From contig NC_068997.1 in NCBI RefSeq assembly GCF_001194135.2, positions 42,960,496 to 43,000,077 of the forward strand: 39,582 nt of DNA. Reading direction: 5' to 3'. The notes beneath the pieces were generated by a model that saw only the letters and a list, made by a program, of their open reading frames with translations, did not search any database and was not told where the DNA came from. Positions 34,794 to 39,582 of this stretch are shown here, one piece after another. How positions within the stretch are numbered: position 1 is the first letter of the stretch; every line of letters begins with the position of its first letter. The translations under genes were made by a program, and so were the position numbers. The stretch is from Octopus bimaculoides (Eukaryota).

Positions 34794-36637
34794 GATAGGG
34801 TGGACCATCGGTACCTTTTTTCTGTTCTCGCGCGGTTTGGACTGGGTCTTGGTTTCCTCAGGTGGATCATACAGTTGTACGATAACATCGACTCGATCGT
34901 TCGGGTGAACGGCTTCCTCTCAAAGTCGCTCGCCAAGAGTGTCCGCTCTCTCCGCTTTTGTACGTGATGGCCCTGGAGCCATTACTGAGAAAGCTGAGCG
35001 GCATCCCGACAAATCCAGGAGGTGGAGGATCGGTTACAGCATACGCGGACGACATCACTATCATCGTGACCAAGATGGGACATCTACATCAAGTAGATGA
35101 AACCATTAAGGTTTACGAGACGGTGGCAGGAGCAAAAATTAACCGGGAAAAGTCGGTCGACTTGCAACTCGGCACCTAGAGGGGCAAGTCGATGCCTTCG
35201 AATAGCGTCGTAGGACCCTAGACAGAGGGACCGATTAAGTTGCTAGGAATCTGGGTTGGCCCAGATCTCCAGATAGAAAAGAACTGGTCTGAGGTTTCTA
35301 ACAAGGTGACCCACATAGTCAGGATCTGGTCTTGGCGGTGGCTATCCTTGAAAGGGAGGGCGGAAGTGGCCAATGTGTTAATCGCATCGGTTATCGTTTA
35401 CCGCCTTTTCGTCGTGCCTTGTCCAGATTCGTGGTTAAACAAGTTGGAGAGGCAGATCTTTCGCTTTTTGTGGAAGAACTCCGCTCCACTTGTAAGTGTT
35501 GGTTAGGGATGCCTTGGTTGTTGATGCGCAAGCATGCGCTGAGGTTGAGGCATCTCTAGCTCTACCTGGATGGTGAACGGGTGTGCTCTCAGCTTGCTAG
35601 ACGGATGTTCCCCAGCTTTACTAGTTTTGGTGGTAGAGAAGACTGGATCCGCCGAAGATCGAAGTTGGGTACCTGGTATACGGTGTGCAGCAAGGCGTTT
35701 CTCCAGTTCTGCAGCTCGGGCAATGCCAGCNNNNNNNNNNNNNNNNNNNNNNNNNNNNNNNNNNNNNNNNNNNNNNNNNNNNNNNNNNNNNNNNNNNNNN
35801 NNNNNNNNNNNNNNNNNNNNNNNNNNNNNNNNNNNNNNNNNNNNNNNNNNNNNNNNNNNNNNNNNNNNNNNNNNNNNNNNNNNNNNNNNNNNNNNNNNNN
35901 NNNNNNNNNNNNNNNNNNNNNNNNNNNNNNNNNNNNNNNNNNNNNNNNNNNNNNNNNNNNNNNNNNNNNNNNNNNNNNNNNNNNNNNNNNNNNNNNNNNN
36001 NNNNNNNNNNNNNNNNNNNNNNNNNNTCTATAGTAGGTTGGTAGAGGCTGGAAATGATGATGCCCTGAGAAGGACCCTGGGTCTCGATGATAACCAGTTA
36101 GACAGCCTGTTCTGAAGAACGTTTGGGTCGAATACACTCGGTAACTTCCAAAAGTCTTTGGCCTGACAGTGTTACCGAGGAGCTCTACCTGTTCGGGATG
36201 AACTCATGAGACACAGCCACCCTGGGCCGACGACCTGTCCAAGATGCGGACGGGGCGTGGAAACCGTCCTGCATGCTATTGTTCAGTATCCGGGTATTTC
36301 AGAAGTATGGGTTTATGCGGAACAACTGTTGTCTGATGGGAGAAGAGTACAGCTATCGTCTGAGTCAATTGTAAAAATTAACCCACCGGAATTCGTGACG
36401 TAAGAAGGTAGGAATTGTTTTCTCGTAGTAGTAACAATTGCAAGAGAGGTGATAGGGAAGTCGAGAATGAAAGCTATCGTGACAAACACCTGCGTCTCCG
36501 ACCTCGCCCTCGTGAAAATGTTCACTTTTCACTTGAAAAGGAAGGTGGGGCTGGAAAGGAGGTGTTTGTTAGAGAGTGAGTTTAAAAAACGATGGACGCG
36601 TGTAGCGCGCATGTTCGGAGTGAAAGACTCTGCGTGA
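34794..36637 (+). pseudogene. LINE ORF2 remnant: reverse transcriptase (from DRVDH) to zinc knuckle
   Basis: DRVDHRYLFSVLARFG..FLRWI..LY..VRVNGFLS, RQECPLSPLLYVMALEPL, YADDITII, GAKINREKS, WLSLKGRAEVAN, CPRCGRGVETVLHAIVQY (CCHC with last C changed to Y); multiple stops; no APE endonuclease. Confidence 0.93.
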
Positions 36638-37224
36638 GCACGCTTGTGTGACTACCAGTAAGTCGATGTTAAAGACAGGGCCCGTGGGGTCGGAACACCT
36701 CATCGTCTGATTTATTGTTTGTGATTTATTGTTTGAGATTTATTGTTTGTAATTTATTGTATGTAGTTTATTGTTTGTAATTTATTGTGTTGTAATTCAT
36801 TCGATTTCATTGTACGTGTAAAATTTTATTATATCATCCGTTTGTATGTGACCCCGATCACATTGTATTGTCCCGTCTATGTTGGCCCGCATAGGTAATA
36901 AAAAAACAGATCCCAATGGGAGTCAAGGAATGTGCCAGTGGGTGTGTAAGCTTTGTGTGTGTCATTTGGGTAATGAAAATATTTGCATAACTTGAGCGCA
37001 CACATGTCACTAAGTCTTTGAGAGTCACTAAGTAAAAGTTTTAGAAACACTGGTTGAAATGCAAGAGGAACTTTGGTAGAGAAACGTAATTGAACATAGA
37101 AATTATGGTTGTAATGAAATGCATACTGTATCGTGGTCTTAAATTCCGGTCTTCCTTTAGTTATCCTGTTGTTTTAGATCGATGTGTAGAATCATGTATA
37201 TATGTAAGTAGTAGGTATATATAT

Positions 37225-37691
37225 GTAAGAAGGTAGGAATTGTTTTCTCATAGTAGTAGTAATTGCGAGAGAGGTGATATGGAAGTCGAGAATGAAAGAT
37301 ATCGTGACAAACACCTGCGTCTCCGACCTCGCCCTCGTGAAAATGTTCACTTTTCACTTGAAAAGGAAGGTGGGGCTTGAAAGGTGGTGTTTGTTAGAGA
37401 GTGAGTTTAAAAAACGATGGTCGCGTGTAGCATGCATGTTCGGAGTGAAAGACCCTGCGTGAGCACGCTTGTGTGACTACCAGTAAGTTGGTGTTAAAGA
37501 CAGGGCTCGTGGGGTCGGAGTATACCTGTTTTGAACACCTCATCGTGTGATTTATTGTTTGTAATTTATTGTGTTCCAATTCATTCGATTTCATTGTACA
37601 CGTAAAATTTAATATATCATCCGTTTGTATGTGACCCCGATCACATTGTATTGTCCCCTCTATCTTGGCCCGCATGGGTAATAAAAAAACA
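37225..37691 (+). mobile_element. Second, 5'-truncated copy of the same L1/Tx1 3' end
   Basis: Colinear with 36400-36908, with scattered substitutions, a 15-nt indel and fewer 14-bp repeats; also ends TAATAAAAAAACA-GATCCCA. Confidence 0.92.
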
Positions 37692-37871
37692 GATCCCAAA
37701 ATATAATCAGTTCGTGCCTGTCACGAGGTCAAACATCCCTGAAAGTTTCATCCGAATCCATCCAGCGGTTCTTGAGATATCTTGCCCACGGACAAACAAA
37801 CAAACAAACAAACAAACAAACGCGACTGGAAGCAATACGTCCGCGAAGGCGGAGGTAATAACGTTATTAAG

Positions 37872-38041
37872 TCAGTAAGGTGTCAGAATTGCTAACAAGC
37901 CGGAGTCTTTATGTTTTGAGTTCAAATTCAACCGAGGTCGACTTTGCCTCTTATTCTTTCAGGGTGAATGTAATCGACTCGCACCGTCCTCTAAAATATT
38001 TCAGTGCCTACAGCAGAAAGGCTTATGATTATTATTATTAT
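37872..38041 (+). mobile_element. SINE family 1, deleted and diverged copy with (ATT)n tail
   Basis: TTTTGAGTTCAAATTCAACCGAGGTCGACTTTGCC...GTGCCTACAGCAGAAAGG..ATTATTATTATTA. Confidence 0.75.
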
Positions 38042-38236
38042 AAGTAGTAATGCTGATATTTCAATAAAGGGCCATTACTTTTACTGACCATTCAATTATG
38101 GGGCTGCAGTGCAGTGAAGATGCGGCTCTACAATTGGTACCAAACTATGTTAATGCCGCCTTCACCCGACCTCTAAGATACTTTCCTTTAATTTTATTTG
38201 CTGTTATTGATTATCAATGTTACTTTCCCACCTTTA

Positions 38237-38445
38237 AGGCGGTGAGGTGCAGAATCGTCAGCACGCAGGAAAAAATGCTTAGCGGCATTTCGTCCGTTTT
38301 TATGTTCTGAGTTCAAATTCCGCCGAGGTCGACTTTGTCTTTCATCCTTACGGGTTCGATAAAATAAGTACCAATTGAGCACTGAGGTCGATCTAATTAA
38401 CTTAGTCCTCTCCCCCGAAATACCAAGATTTGAAATCAATATTAC
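38237..38445 (+). mobile_element. SINE family 1, near full length
   Basis: AGGCGGTGAGGTGCAGAATCG head, GTTCTGAGTTCAAATTCCGCCGAGGTCGACTTTG core. Confidence 0.9.
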
Positions 38446-38829
38446 TTGCTGTCTATTTCTATATACACAGACTTCTCTGGAGTTAACACATTAGAATACA
38501 CCCTCTGAGGACAATCTAACAACAGCTAATATCTAATATATCATTTGCTTTCAATAGTGGGCTTTAAGGGAGTTTTTTCTAAAGTTTTTGTTAGCTCAGC
38601 TGATATTCTTAGTTATCTCACTGTTTGTGGTTTTTAAAACTCCAAGAAACCTAGTGAACTTTATGAATAGTAATTACACTGTTGATCTTAGTTAATAGCA
38701 TTTCCCCCCAATTACCTATATTGCATGCGTTAGGTCCTACAGTGTGTGAGTTTAATTTGCAGAACTCACTATATTACTTTGTGTAAAGCTCTGTCTTATA
38801 TATTTACTTTTCAGAAGCATATAGTTAAA

Positions 38830-39385
38830 TACATAAATAAATTATAGAAGAATTAAAAGATCAAGTTAAAAGGAAAATTGAAATTAAAAATTAAACAATA
38901 ATTAAAGATTTAAAATTCAGAGATATATTCTTTTTTTAAATATAACAGATGGCAAAGAAGATATGTAGTGGAAGTGAATATGAAAAATGTAGGATGCAAA
39001 GTGAAGTATAATAGAAAATAGACGAATAGATTATGAAAGTTAAAGAAGTAAATAATATTGAAGAGACGTAAATATACAAGAAAATTAAGGGAAACTTTAA
39101 AAAGTATAAAAGAAATTCAAAAAGGTCATAGATGAAAGATTGTATTTCTGATAAGAATATTTCTCTAAGTTAGAAGCAAGAAAATTAATAAGAAAAAATA
39201 AGTAAGGAGGAGAGATTGATTAAGCAAAAATTAGTGGGGGAGCTTAAAATAATAAAAATAGTCTACGGTTATTAAAGAATGGTGAAGTTGGGAGTCAAGT
39301 AATATAGTATAACAACAATTGAAGCTAATTACTGAAATGCATATAGAATTTTATGCAAATGCAAAGGTGGTGAAAATAGAATAAT
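38830..39385 (+). mobile_element. Possible very old LINE ORF2 remnant
   Basis: Strong purine/A strand bias; short reads EYFSKLEARKLIRK and IEFYAN resemble the L1-type EN-RT linker; no catalytic motif seen. Confidence 0.3.
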
Positions 39386-39390
39386 AGTAA

Positions 39391-39422
<32 letters not shown>

Positions 39423-39436
39423 ATACATATATCGTT

Positions 39437-39520
39437 GAGCGCGTGTTGACTAGTGGTTAGGGTATTGATCGCATGATCGTAGTTTCGATTCCAGGATGAG
39501 TTAGTGCGTTGAGTTCTTTT
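39437..39520 (+). mobile_element. tRNA-like SINE head fragment
   Basis: A-box-like TAGTGGTTAGG and B-box-like GTTTCGATTCC between microsatellites. Confidence 0.55.
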
Positions 39521-39532
39521 GCATATATATAT

Positions 39533-39582
<50 letters not shown>

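Larger units (their letters stand above)
33966..36908 (+). mobile_element. L1/Tx1-clade LINE, 5' end apparently present, large internal deletion
   Basis: 5' UTR with TCAGT; ORF1 remnant from ATG 34143; RT and C-terminal ORF2 remnant; 3' UTR ending TAATAAAAAAACA; bounded by GATCCCA at 33959-33965 and 36909-36915. Confidence 0.88.
33790..37861 (-). mobile_element. Helentron-type non-autonomous element (HINE/DINE-1-like), split by LINE insertion
   Basis: Subterminal inverted repeats ACCTCCGCC (33812-33820) and GGCGGAGGT (37848-37856); terminal hairpin GCACTC-AGA-GAGCGC (33795-33809); internal (CAAA)7 (37793-37820). The two halves are 33790-33965 and 37692-37861. Confidence 0.75.

Noticed and set aside
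547-36137. Long ORFs containing X runs (for example 547-1362, 2932-3654, 4710-5486, 22994-23851, 27707-28523)
   Set aside because: They are open only because N-gaps contain no stop codons.

Overview
This is eukaryotic, AT-rich, repeat-dominated genomic DNA from a fragmented scaffold with 17 N-gaps (about 5.7 kb). The SINE families and dense di-/trinucleotide microsatellites look cephalopod, probably Octopus; that is inferred from recalled repeat sequences, not from a search. No intact protein-coding gene, true tRNA, rRNA or CRISPR array is supportable. Nearly all ORF-track entries are N-gap or microsatellite artefacts, or fragments of decayed transposons. Recognisable content: (1) three tRNA-derived SINE families, one with a perfect 13-bp TSD; (2) about nine fragments of Dong/R4-type non-LTR retrotransposons clustered at (TAA)n tracts (2.8-4.7 kb, 11.8-15.2 kb); (3) a decayed Chapaev3-like (Transib/RAG1-related) transposase at 10.6-11.6 kb; (4) a maT/DD37D-like and a DD34D mariner relic, plus two MITEs; (5) an L1/Tx1-clade LINE and a second copy of its 3' end, inserted inside a Helentron-type non-autonomous element (HINE). 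The most interesting structure is the last. The heptamer GATCCCA occurs at the 5' junction and after both LINE 3' ends, suggesting sequence-specific targeting or a 3' transduction. Weaker leads are a possible Cys-rich exon interrupted by a gap (7.6 kb) and an RFX X-box/CCAAT/homeodomain motif cluster (2.2-2.4 kb).
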